Shown here: piece after piece, positions 56,347 to 64,000 of the stretch
How the letters are laid out: the number at the start of each line of letters is the position of its first letter
Position numbering within the stretch: position 1 is the stretch's first letter
NCBI GenBank assembly: GCA_026983835.1
Contig: JALSTH010000027.1
Coordinates: forward strand, 10,433-74,432
DNA: 64,000 nucleotides
Reading direction: 5' to 3'
DNA from: Candidatus Zixiibacteriota bacterium
GTDB lineage: Bacteria > Zixibacteria > MSB-5A5 > UM-FILTER-46-8
The notes under the pieces: generated by a model
Databases searched by the model: none
Told to the model about the DNA's origin: nothing
The model's input: only the letters and a program-made list of their open reading frames with translations
Position numbers and translations under genes: made by a program

Positions 56347-57450
56347 CTATATCAGGAACTTCCCATTACGGTAAAACAGTTTTCCATCGGCGTAAATCTT
56401 TCCGCCCTTACGAAGATCACACACCATATCCCAATGGAGGGCGGAGATATTCTTTGAGCCCGTTTCGGGATAGGCTGCTCCCAATGCCATATGGCAGGTA
56501 CCGCCGATTTTTTCATCGAATAATATATTTTTAGTGAATTTCTTAATCCCGTAGTTTGTCCCGATAGCAAGCTCTCCCACATAGCGAGCACCTTTATCCA
56601 TATTAATCATCGAATTGAGAAATTCCAATCCCCGAGCGGCTTTCGCTTTTACCAATTTCCCCTTTTCGAATTCCAAATAGACATCTTCGACCTCCCTGCC
56701 ACGATAAACGGCTGGGTAGGAGAAACGGATATGGCCCTCCGCCGAATCTTCCACAGGACCGGTGAAGACTTCGCCGTCGGGGAAATTGTTTTTCCCATCG
56801 CAATTAATCCATTTTCTCCCAGCCACATCGAATTTTATATCCGTATCCTTTGCTACGATATGAATTTCCTTTTTCCTGTTGAGGAAGCGTACTATTTTTG
56901 CCTGCCATTTCGAGAGCTTCCTCCATTCGGCGACAGGATCCTTTTTATCGAGAAAGCAACCTTTGTAAACAAAATCTTCATACTCCGAAAGGGACATATT
57001 TGCATCTTGGGCGGAGGCGTGATTTGGGAACATAGTTCCCACCCATCTTAATTTTCCTTCGGCGGCTCTTCGTAAAAAGGTTTCCTGAATTTTGCTTTGT
57101 GCCTTTTGTTGAAGCGCCTGCCGTTTTGGGTCGATATTGGAAAGTTCTTTCGTGTTGGATGGAGCCATAATCCCCACAACACAATCCACATTTTTTATCT
57201 CATACTTTGTTAAAGGCGAGACGAATTTCAATTGAAATTCCTTAGCCTCTTTCAGAAAAGCCTCCCGCAAGCCATCGAATAATACCTTTACATATGGATG
57301 AGCACCCTTTCTCAATGCCTCCTTATATACTTCGACTATCAACGGTTTGGCCAACTCAGTTCCGTTTACGAGAAAAAGATCACCCTTTTTCGTATCGCAA
57401 CAGTAATTAACCAAAACTTTCGCCATCTTTACTACTCCGGGATCCGTCAT
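56347..57450 (-). CDS. M29 family aminopeptidase (AmpS/PepS type)
   Basis: 367 aa. The N-terminal KVLVNYCCDTKKGD ... and C-terminal HMALGAAY / HWDMV motifs fit the thermophilic metalloprotease M29 family. Confidence 0.85.
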   Translation of the reverse strand: MTDPGVVKMAKVLVNYCCDTKKGDLFLVNGTELAKPLIVEVYKEALRKGAHPYVKVLFDGLREAFLKEAKEFQLKFVSPLTKYEIKNVDCVVGIMAPSNTKELSNIDPKRQALQQKAQSKIQETFLRRAAEGKLRWVGTMFPNHASAQDANMSLSEYEDFVYKGCFLDKKDPVAEWRKLSKWQAKIVRFLNRKKEIHIVAKDTDIKFDVAGRKWINCDGKNNFPDGEVFTGPVEDSAEGHIRFSYPAVYRGREVEDVYLEFEKGKLVKAKAARGLEFLNSMINMDKGARYVGELAIGTNYGIKKFTKNILFDEKIGGTCHMALGAAYPETGSKNISALHWDMVCDLRKGGKIYADGKLFYRNGKFLI

Positions 57451-58187
57451 AAATCCTCCAATTCTATTTTGATTATCTTTGTTTTTATTTCCGAATCATC
57501 ATCAATTCTGTAAATAAATTCTTTGCGGGAACAAGCTAAACTGCGGCCGTTTGCCTTTCTGCCGAACAGCTCTCCCACCGAACAGCATTTGAGCACAGTT
57601 GCTCCCGAGACTTCGGCTCCCTTGAGGTAAATATTTTTGTCTCGCTCCAATTTCTTTTCGGGGGTATCATCCCGGTTTGGTTGGGAGAAGGTCGGTGCAA
57701 AAATCAATTGCGCTTTGAGTCTCCTCATTTCTATGAAGCTTGACTGCTGTAAGGCGTCGGCGCAGATAATTACACCACAATTTATACCGAAAAGATTAAA
57801 GACCATAAATCCGTCGCCGGGCGTTAATACATCCCGCTCCCTACCAAATAGATTTATCTTGCGATATTTTCCGATGACGGAACCGTCCCTCAATATATGA
57901 CAGGTGTTGAAGAATCTGCCGTTGTCCGCTTCGATAAGTGTTCCCCCGATGAGGTATCCGGGTAGCTTTTTTGATATAACAGTCATCTCTTCCATTGCTG
58001 ATTTATACCCCTTCGCGGCAGTGATAAAATCTATCGCTCCCTTTCGTATCCAGAAATACTCCGGAAAAACGGTAAAATGGGGTTTATACTCGATAATATT
58101 TCGTAAATCGGCAAATGGAACTCCCGTCCCCAATCGACCCTGATATAAAACTATTTTAATTTTATGGTCCTTATCTCTGTAAGGCAT
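57447..58187 (-). CDS. Carbon-nitrogen hydrolase (nitrilase superfamily) protein
   Basis: Glu-Lys-Cys triad context: VFPEYFW, KYRKINLFG, NCGVIICADAL. 4-nt overlap with the M29 gene. Confidence 0.85.
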   Translation of the reverse strand: MPYRDKDHKIKIVLYQGRLGTGVPFADLRNIIEYKPHFTVFPEYFWIRKGAIDFITAAKGYKSAMEEMTVISKKLPGYLIGGTLIEADNGRFFNTCHILRDGSVIGKYRKINLFGRERDVLTPGDGFMVFNLFGINCGVIICADALQQSSFIEMRRLKAQLIFAPTFSQPNRDDTPEKKLERDKNIYLKGAEVSGATVLKCCSVGELFGRKANGRSLACSRKEFIYRIDDDSEIKTKIIKIELEDL

Positions 58188-58252
58188 TTATTTTTTAAGC
58201 TGTAATTATGTTTTACCAAAAGAATATCTTTTAGGTAATAATAAAAAAATGC

Positions 58253-58280
58253 TTGACAAAAAGGAAACAATTATTATAAA
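58253..58280 (+). promoter_or_regulatory. Strong sigma70-type promoter driving a non-coding transcript
   Basis: TTGACA (58253-58258), 16-nt spacer, TATAAA (58275-58280). No ORF with an RBS follows for about 280 nt. Confidence 0.5.
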
Positions 58281-58287
58281 TATAAAT

Positions 58288-58490
58288 AGTGGTATTAAGA
58301 TATTTTTTACCGATAAAAATTTGGGAAATTAAATAGTTAACCGACGAATGAAAATCTTGAGGAACAAATACCCGGCGCATTAAAACGGTATCGGTCGGTG
58401 CTCGTTTTATGTAGCTATCCTTCGTTCACCGCCATTGCGGTGATGAAGGTGTTTTGGTTTGTTTCCTGAAGGTTGTCTGTCGGTTTTTTT
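58288..58490 (+). ncRNA. Structured RNA candidate of unknown class (about 200 nt; long imperfect closing helix enclosing two hairpins)
   Basis: AACCGAC (58339-45) pairs with GTCGGTT (58479-85). CTTGAGGAACAAA pairs imperfectly with TTTGTTTCCTGAAG. Inner hairpins are CATTAAAACG/CGTTTTATG and CCTTC-GT-TCACCGC-CATT-GCGGTGA-T-GAAGG. Ends in the T-run 58484-58490. Ends are estimated. Confidence 0.35.
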
Positions 58491-58511
58491 ATTTAGTTAA
58501 AAAAGAACCCT

Positions 58512-58540
58512 AAAACCCGCCTTCAGGCGGGTTTTTTTTC
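58512..58540 (+). terminator. Rho-independent terminator (second, back-up terminator of the RNA unit)
   Basis: AAAACCCGCC-TTCA-GGCGGGTTTTTTTT. Confidence 0.8.
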
Positions 58541-58761
58541 ACTTTAACCAAAGGGGTTTAATCAAATGGAATCATTACTGTATGAATCAAAATCGTTCCG
58601 CAGGTCTAATGGTGTGCTTAATTCCATAGTCATCGTGGAAAAGCCCCCTACTTGAAACGGTAAGTCTGTCAATTAAATTGAATGGATTTGCCGTCTATTT
58701 GGTTGAATTAATTTGATATTGTTTCAATGGCACAGATTAAGACAAAACAAGGATTGCATAA

Positions 58762-60558
58762 ATGGATTCCATATATTACGAAGAAGAAAAGACGGCAAAA
58801 ATATCTTTTCGCGAATTAACGCATCAGTTAATTGCGCTTTTGAAACCGTATGGGATGCGGATACTGTTGGGATTTATCCTGCTGGTTTTGGCTTCGGCTG
58901 CTACTATCGTCGGCCCGGTTTTAATAAAGCGCGCCGTCGATGTAAATATAGCCGACCGAGATTATCACGGCTTGATTATAACAGTCCTTTTATATTTGGG
59001 GGTTCAGTTTGCTTTTCTCATCCTAAATTTTTTCCAGCGGATTAATTTGGAATGGATAGGGCAACAGGCTATGGGGGTATTGAGGAAGCGACTATTCGAT
59101 CATATCGTCGGGATGTCGATGAAGTTTTTCGATGATAATCCAGTTGGGAGGCTCCTGTCCCGGGTTGAATCGGATACGGAATCGCTTCGGATGCTTTTTA
59201 CCAATACCATAGTCACTCTCTCCGGCGACTTGCTGATGAGTGTCGGGATGATTGCGGTAATGGCATATACGGATTGGCGTTTGACTTTGATATTATTGTC
59301 GCTTGCTCCGTTCGTGTTGGGGCTGACTTATTTCTATCAGAAAAAGACTACGCCGTTGTTTTTGACTGTCCGCAAGAGGATGGCGGACATATCGGCTTTC
59401 TTGACGGAATACATTCAAGGGATGTCGATCGTGCAGATATTTAACAGAGGGGAACAGGTCCGACGGAAAGCATACGAGATCAACTCCCGTAAATTCAAGA
59501 TCGAGACCAAAGCGGAGATTCTCGTCGTATTGTTTTTCAACACCCTGTTTCTTTTCGAGACCGTGGCGATATCCTTAATTCTATTAGCAGGCGGCGGATT
59601 GACATTGAAAGGCGCACTGACCATCGGTACCTTGATAATGTTTATTCAGTACATTCGTAAATTTTTCGAGCCGATTTTCCACCTCTCCGAACAAATGCAT
59701 ATCATCCAGAAGGCGATGGCCGGCTCTGCCAGGATATTCTCGTTGCTGTCCCATAAGCAAAAAATTAAGGATGCCGAGAACCCGAAACGGACGGGAAAAT
59801 TTAAGGAAGCCGTAGTTTTCGAAAATGTTTGGTTCGCATACAGGGATGAGGATTGGGTGCTGAAAGATATAAGCTTTGAGCTTCCGAAAGGGAAGCGGTA
59901 TGCTTTGGTTGGAGTAACCGGCGGCGGTAAAACTTCGATAATAAATGTATTGCTTCGATTCTATCCCTTCCAGAAGGGAAAGGTATTGGTCGATGGAATT
60001 GATATCCGCGATATGGAATTGACGGACCTGCGGGGTTATTTTGGTCTTGTTCTGCAGGATATACAGCTGTTCACGGGGAACATAATGGATAACCTCCGCC
60101 TTTCGGATAGCAGTATCCCTGAAGATAAGGTGAAAAGGGCAGCGTCGATAATATCGGCGGACAATTTCGTATCCCGTCTAAAAAAAGGGTATGGGGCGGA
60201 GTTGTCGGAACGCGGCGGAAACCTCTCTACCGGCGAAAGGCAGTTGTTATCCTTTGCCCGGGCTATGGTTTTCGATCCGGAGATATTGATTTTGGATGAG
60301 GCAACCTCTTCAATAGATCCTCATACCGAGAGGAATATTCAGGGTGCTTTACGGAAACTTCAGGAAGGAAGGACCTCGCTTACTATCGCACACCGATTGC
60401 AGACCGTTTTGGATTCGGATTGTATCTTGGTTCTCCGCGAGGGAGAAATAATCGAGAGGGGAACACATCCGCAATTATTAAAAGCCGGCGGGTATTATGC
60501 AGACCTCTTCAAACTACAATTTGAGCTTGAAGATAGAAAGGCGGTAGGTTATGCGTAG
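58762..60558 (+). CDS. ABC exporter, fused permease/ATPase (type I exporter half-transporter)
   Basis: Six-TM N-terminal domain. Walker A GVTGGGKTS, signature LSTGERQ, Walker B ILILDEATS. Confidence 0.92.
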   Translation: MDSIYYEEEKTAKISFRELTHQLIALLKPYGMRILLGFILLVLASAATIVGPVLIKRAVDVNIADRDYHGLIITVLLYLGVQFAFLILNFFQRINLEWIGQQAMGVLRKRLFDHIVGMSMKFFDDNPVGRLLSRVESDTESLRMLFTNTIVTLSGDLLMSVGMIAVMAYTDWRLTLILLSLAPFVLGLTYFYQKKTTPLFLTVRKRMADISAFLTEYIQGMSIVQIFNRGEQVRRKAYEINSRKFKIETKAEILVVLFFNTLFLFETVAISLILLAGGGLTLKGALTIGTLIMFIQYIRKFFEPIFHLSEQMHIIQKAMAGSARIFSLLSHKQKIKDAENPKRTGKFKEAVVFENVWFAYRDEDWVLKDISFELPKGKRYALVGVTGGGKTSIINVLLRFYPFQKGKVLVDGIDIRDMELTDLRGYFGLVLQDIQLFTGNIMDNLRLSDSSIPEDKVKRAASIISADNFVSRLKKGYGAELSERGGNLSTGERQLLSFARAMVFDPEILILDEATSSIDPHTERNIQGALRKLQEGRTSLTIAHRLQTVLDSDCILVLREGEIIERGTHPQLLKAGGYYADLFKLQFELEDRKAVGYA

Positions 60559-62296
60559 ATTGGCAAAGTGGTTATGGAGGTTTTGGAAACTACATCCTCT
60601 GCAATTAGCGATTATACTTATATTTTCGATACTGAACGCCGCTATCGGAATAGCGTATCCATACATTTTGAAATACATATTCGATGGATTAGAGGCGGAA
60701 TTCAGTAATGAGAACCTGACGAGGTTAGCCCTGCTTTTTCTTGGAGTGGGAGTAGCCGCTTATTTCGTCTATATCATCTTGCAGGGGACACGGGCGTATA
60801 TGAACATCCGCCTGGAATTCCATTTCCGTCAATGGATATTTGAACATCTTACAAAGCTTTCTCCCTCGTTTTTCAATAAGTTTACCACCGGCGATTTGGT
60901 TACGAGGCTGACGGATGATATTACCGAAAAGTTATCTTGGTTTTCCTGCTCGGGGATTTTTCGGACTTATGAGGCTTTATTGACGGTTATATTTTGCATC
61001 GGGGCGATGTTGACCTTGAATGTAAAGTTGACCTTATACGCTGTGGGACCCCTGCCTTTCATTGTTTTCGTATTTATTAAAACCGCCACCGTTTTACATA
61101 AGAGGTTCGACAGGGTTCAGAGGGCGATATCTCATATAAATAATGTGATGGAATCCTGTTTCTCCGGGATTAAGGTAATTAAAGCGTATAACCGCGAAAA
61201 AGCGCAAAAAGAAGTTTTCAGCAAGGCGGTGGAGGATAGGAAAAAGGCGGAGGTAAAGGCCGCCGTCAGCTATAGTATTATCGATTCGCTTTGGAGCCAT
61301 ATATGGCAGTTGGGAATTGTAGTTATCCTTCTGGTCGGCGGCAAAATGGTTATCAACGGCAACCTTACCATTGGGGATTTCGTTGCTTTTGATACTTATA
61401 TGCTGATGCTTATTTATCCTATGTTCGACATCGGGCAATTCGTTGTCTCCGGAAGGCGGGGGGTCGTTAGTTATGAGAGGCTTCGCGAGCTTGAAGAAAT
61501 TTCCCCCGATATAGAGGAACCGAAAAATCCTATTTCCATCGGGGATAGAGGATTGGAGATAGAATTCAGGAATGTCGGTTTCAGTTTTGATGGTGACAGG
61601 AAGGCGCTTAAGAGCATAAATTTCAAAATCCGTTCAGGCGAGACAGTTGCTCTTGTAGGCTCCATCGGTTCCGGAAAATCGACTATCTTGGCGTTGCTGA
61701 CGCGGTTATTTGACCCCACCGAGGGGGAAATACTTGTAAACGGTCATAGCCTTAAAAATCTTTCCCTTGAGGAATGGCGGAAACTCATCGGTTATATACC
61801 ACAGGAGCCGATGCTGTTCTCCGATACGATTGAGAGTAATGTGGTTTTCCATCGTAGCTCAATTACCGAAGAAATGGTGCACAGTTCGATAAAATCAGCT
61901 CAGATGGCTGACGAGGTCAGCGGATTACATAACGGGAGCAAGACTTTCATCGGCACGCGCGGGGTTAATTTATCCGGAGGTCAAAAGCAAAGGTTATCGT
62001 TGGCAAGAGCTTTAGCCGGCAGGCCTAAACTGTTGCTTTTGGATGATTGTACAGCTTCTTTGGATGCTGAAACGGAAATAGCGCTTTGGAAACGTTTGAA
62101 GGAGATTATGCCAGAGACATCCTCGTTGTTGGTATCTCATCGCACGCAAACGATTAAAAATGCGGATTTCATTTTGGTGTTGGATAACGGGGAAATAATC
62201 GAAAGGGGAAGCCATAAAGAGTTGATTGATTTGGGCGGTGTTTATAAGAAGCTTTATGAAAAACAGCTTTTGGTTGAAGCGGTGGGGTTGTCATAA
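60551..62296 (+). CDS. ABC exporter, fused permease/ATPase (heterodimer partner)
   Basis: Walker A GSIGSGKST, signature LSGGQKQ, Walker B LLLLDDCTAS. 8-nt overlap with the preceding half-transporter. Confidence 0.92.
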   Translation: MRRLAKWLWRFWKLHPLQLAIILIFSILNAAIGIAYPYILKYIFDGLEAEFSNENLTRLALLFLGVGVAAYFVYIILQGTRAYMNIRLEFHFRQWIFEHLTKLSPSFFNKFTTGDLVTRLTDDITEKLSWFSCSGIFRTYEALLTVIFCIGAMLTLNVKLTLYAVGPLPFIVFVFIKTATVLHKRFDRVQRAISHINNVMESCFSGIKVIKAYNREKAQKEVFSKAVEDRKKAEVKAAVSYSIIDSLWSHIWQLGIVVILLVGGKMVINGNLTIGDFVAFDTYMLMLIYPMFDIGQFVVSGRRGVVSYERLRELEEISPDIEEPKNPISIGDRGLEIEFRNVGFSFDGDRKALKSINFKIRSGETVALVGSIGSGKSTILALLTRLFDPTEGEILVNGHSLKNLSLEEWRKLIGYIPQEPMLFSDTIESNVVFHRSSITEEMVHSSIKSAQMADEVSGLHNGSKTFIGTRGVNLSGGQKQRLSLARALAGRPKLLLLDDCTASLDAETEIALWKRLKEIMPETSSLLVSHRTQTIKNADFILVLDNGEIIERGSHKELIDLGGVYKKLYEKQLLVEAVGLS

Positions 62297-62322
62297 ACTT
62301 AAATGTATTTTCAAAAATCAAG

Positions 62323-62350
62323 GCGGAGCTGCCGTAGCTTCGCTTTTTTT
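62323..62350 (+). terminator. Rho-independent terminator after the ABC exporter operon
   Basis: GCGGAGCT-GCCGT-AGCTTCGC (one G-U pair) followed by TTTTTTTATTTTT. Confidence 0.7.
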
Positions 62351-62496
62351 ATTTTTCGGTATCTCGATCTTATTTTGTTTTTGGGTTTTCAAACATTGGA
62401 GATTTTATAAAAGAGATAAGCTTAACTAATAGTTAAATGAGCGGGAGAATTACCGATAATATTATAAAAATCACTACCCTAAAATATGGATACATT

Positions 62497-63243
62497 ATGA
62501 GGGATGCAATTATCATCATATCAAAATATACGCTTGCGGTTTTTACTTTTTTAGCCATTATGATGAACCTTGCCGCCGCAGGCGGGAAGGCTGGGAATTT
62601 GGAGATTAATTCCAATCCCAAGGGGGTTGAAGTCGTTTTGTCCGGTGAAGTTGAGGTTTCCGCAGTGGCGCCCTGCAGGATTGTTCAAAATCTAACCGGC
62701 GATTTTAAGGTAACGGCATTCAAACCCGGTTATGAGGATTGGAAATCCGAATTTTTCATTCCCCCGGGCGGAAACTACAGTTTGAATATCAAGCTTAGCC
62801 GCAAGACGAAATTCAAGGCGGCGTTCCGTTCGATCTTAATGCCGGGTTGGGGGCAATTCTATTCCGGACGAAAATTCGAAGGGGTTATGCTTGGGTTGGC
62901 CTCATTGTCATCGGCAGGCGCAACTTTGATCATAAATAAATATTATAACGATAAATATGATGAATATCGAAGCGCCCGAACTGATTATAACTGCGCATCA
63001 TCCGCCGACGAAGCGGAATTGCTTTATAAGGTTTACAGCGATAAGCACAGGGATGTTTACAACGCAGAGACCTTATTACGAACTGCCGCCGGGGTTACGA
63101 TCGGCTTATGGGTTTACAATATTCTTGATTCGATATTGTTTTTCCCGGATTACAGGGCTGGAACTATAGCTGGGTTTGAGCCATCGATACAATCGGCGGT
63201 GATAGATGGAAATCCGGGTATAATATTGACTGCGAAATTTTAG
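62497..63243 (+). CDS. PEGA-domain protein with a C-terminal PGWGQ-motif membrane region
   Basis: Signal/TM at the N-terminus from the internal ATG at 62497. PEGA-like GNLEINSNPKGVEVVLSG ... KPGYEDW, then LMPGWGQFYSGRKFEG resembling DUF5683-type motifs. Confidence 0.65.
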   Translation: MRDAIIIISKYTLAVFTFLAIMMNLAAAGGKAGNLEINSNPKGVEVVLSGEVEVSAVAPCRIVQNLTGDFKVTAFKPGYEDWKSEFFIPPGGNYSLNIKLSRKTKFKAAFRSILMPGWGQFYSGRKFEGVMLGLASLSSAGATLIINKYYNDKYDEYRSARTDYNCASSADEAELLYKVYSDKHRDVYNAETLLRTAAGVTIGLWVYNILDSILFFPDYRAGTIAGFEPSIQSAVIDGNPGIILTAKF

Positions 63244-63261
63244 GGGAGGTATTTGAGATAG

Positions 63262-64000
63262 ATGAATATTCAAATCCATTCCAAGTCAGCATTGGCTAAA
63301 ATATCAATCGTGATAGTTTCGATATTTCTAATGATTTTATCTGTTTCCTGTGATAGAAGTATCCGGTCCCCGATAGCTCCTGCAAGGAATATGGATATTC
63401 CCCCGACTCCGTTTGGGCTGAATGCCTTCGTCGGCGATGGAATCATAACGCTCAACTGGAGCATCGAGAATGATTCATCGATTGCGATTTATAATATTTA
63501 CCGCTCGGATTCAATTACCGGACAATTCAGATTAATTGATTCGACTGAAACAAAAGCATACCTTGATACTGGATTAGTAAATGGGGTTGCTTATTTTTAT
63601 CGGGTTTCTTCCCTAAATGAAAAACGCTTTGAAAGCTATCCTTCTATATCTGTCAATGCTATTCCGCAGGTTTACGGGATAATCATTGATAACAATAGAA
63701 AGGCTACCAATTCCCTCGAAGTGAATATCAGAATCATAGCCCCGGAGGATGTCAGATATATGAGATTAGCCGATGATTCAACTTTTGAAAATTCGGTTTG
63801 GGAATATTTCGATTCGACCCGCGTGTGGTATTTAAGCCCTCCGGATGGTGAGAAAAGGGTTTATGCCGAATTTCGTGATAATGATGATAACTTGACAGCG
63901 GGGTATTATTTCGATTCGATAACCCTCGATAGAATAGCGGTTATCGATTCCGTAACGGAAAACAGTTACGGATCGGTGAAAACGGCGGGGGATACCATTA
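63262..64000 (+). CDS. Lipoprotein with a fibronectin type III-like domain, 3'-truncated by the window edge
   Basis: Not in the supplied ORF track. My own translation from the ATG at 63262 is open to the window end. Lipobox ILSVSC. FN3-like PTPFGLNAFVGDGIITLNWS ... YNIYRS ... DTGLVNGVAYFYRVSS. Confidence 0.65.
   Translation, partial: MNIQIHSKSALAKISIVIVSIFLMILSVSCDRSIRSPIAPARNMDIPPTPFGLNAFVGDGIITLNWSIENDSSIAIYNIYRSDSITGQFRLIDSTETKAYLDTGLVNGVAYFYRVSSLNEKRFESYPSISVNAIPQVYGIIIDNNRKATNSLEVNIRIIAPEDVRYMRLADDSTFENSVWEYFDSTRVWYLSPPDGEKRVYAEFRDNDDNLTAGYYFDSITLDRIAVIDSVTENSYGSVKTAGDTI

Noticed and set aside
58288-58490. Assigning the structured RNA to a specific family (6S RNA, SRP RNA, tmRNA, RNase P or a named riboswitch).
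   Set aside because: The long irregular helix is 6S-like, but the interior folds as two hairpins rather than the classic central bubble plus terminal stem. No SRP domain IV, tRNA-like end or riboswitch consensus motif was recognisable. The class is left unknown.
58713-59045. 110-aa ORF overlapping the start of the first ABC exporter gene in another frame.
   Set aside because: It is fully explained by the overlapping 598-aa ABC gene. Its translation is R/C/G-rich with no motifs.
62226-62429. 67-aa ORF overlapping the end of the second ABC gene and running through the operon terminator.
   Set aside because: It contains the terminator hairpin and T-run within its coding frame and overlaps a well-supported gene. 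It is most likely spurious.
62437-62496. Longer start for the PEGA-domain protein (ORF track start 62437).
   Set aside because: The first 20 codons precede the signal/TM segment and lie right after the ABC operon terminator region. The ATG at 62497 gives a standard N-terminal hydrophobic signal.
1-64000. A search by eye for CRISPR arrays, rRNA genes, IS elements or transposases, toxin-antitoxin pairs, reverse transcriptases and prophage genes.
   Set aside because: I noticed no regularly spaced direct repeats, no rRNA-like conserved blocks, and no transposase, integrase or RT-like translations in any frame of the ORF track. The only tandem repetition is the in-frame FG-GAP blade repeat.

Overview
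This is a densely coded chromosomal segment from a bacterium, with about 50 protein genes, one tRNA and little non-coding DNA. Lineage clues point to the FCB superphylum but outside Bacteroidetes proper. One secreted protein ends in a T9SS C-terminal sorting domain, yet genes carry AGGAG-type ribosome-binding sites and several TTGACA-N16-18-TATAxT promoters. Most of the window is housekeeping: asnB (5' partial), cstA, ileS, valS, punA, divIVA, yggS, folD, xseA, priA, secD, secF, a LolC/E-type permease, lspA, rluD, mogA, an M16 peptidase pair and a heterodimeric ABC exporter. Five regions deserve a second look. (1) At 35.2-37.5 kb an orphan ParA/Soj-type ATPase is fused to a CBM48 (AMPK-beta glycogen-binding-like) module. 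It is followed by a 199-aa ORF that looks like a Walker-A-dead ParA paralogue and preceded by a 495-bp AT-rich region. (2) At 49.0-56.3 kb a co-directional six-gene cluster encodes a histidine kinase, a TauE/SafE-type permease, a TIGR02186-like membrane protein, a CheY-like receiver, a cytidylate-kinase-like P-loop protein with a BON domain, and a PEP-utilising-type enzyme with a non-canonical C-terminal domain. (3) At 21.6-25.0 kb a three-gene restriction-modification module (two different SPPY methyltransferases plus a PD-(D/E)XK nuclease) sits between yggS and tRNA-Pro(GGG). (4) At 58.25-58.54 kb there is a promoter- and terminator-bounded structured RNA candidate of unknown class. (5) At 40.2-42.0 kb a seven-blade FG-GAP propeller is a T9SS cargo. 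I saw no CRISPR array, rRNA, transposase or integrase. All calls come from reading the sequence and translations and recalling motifs. No database search or composition calculation was run.
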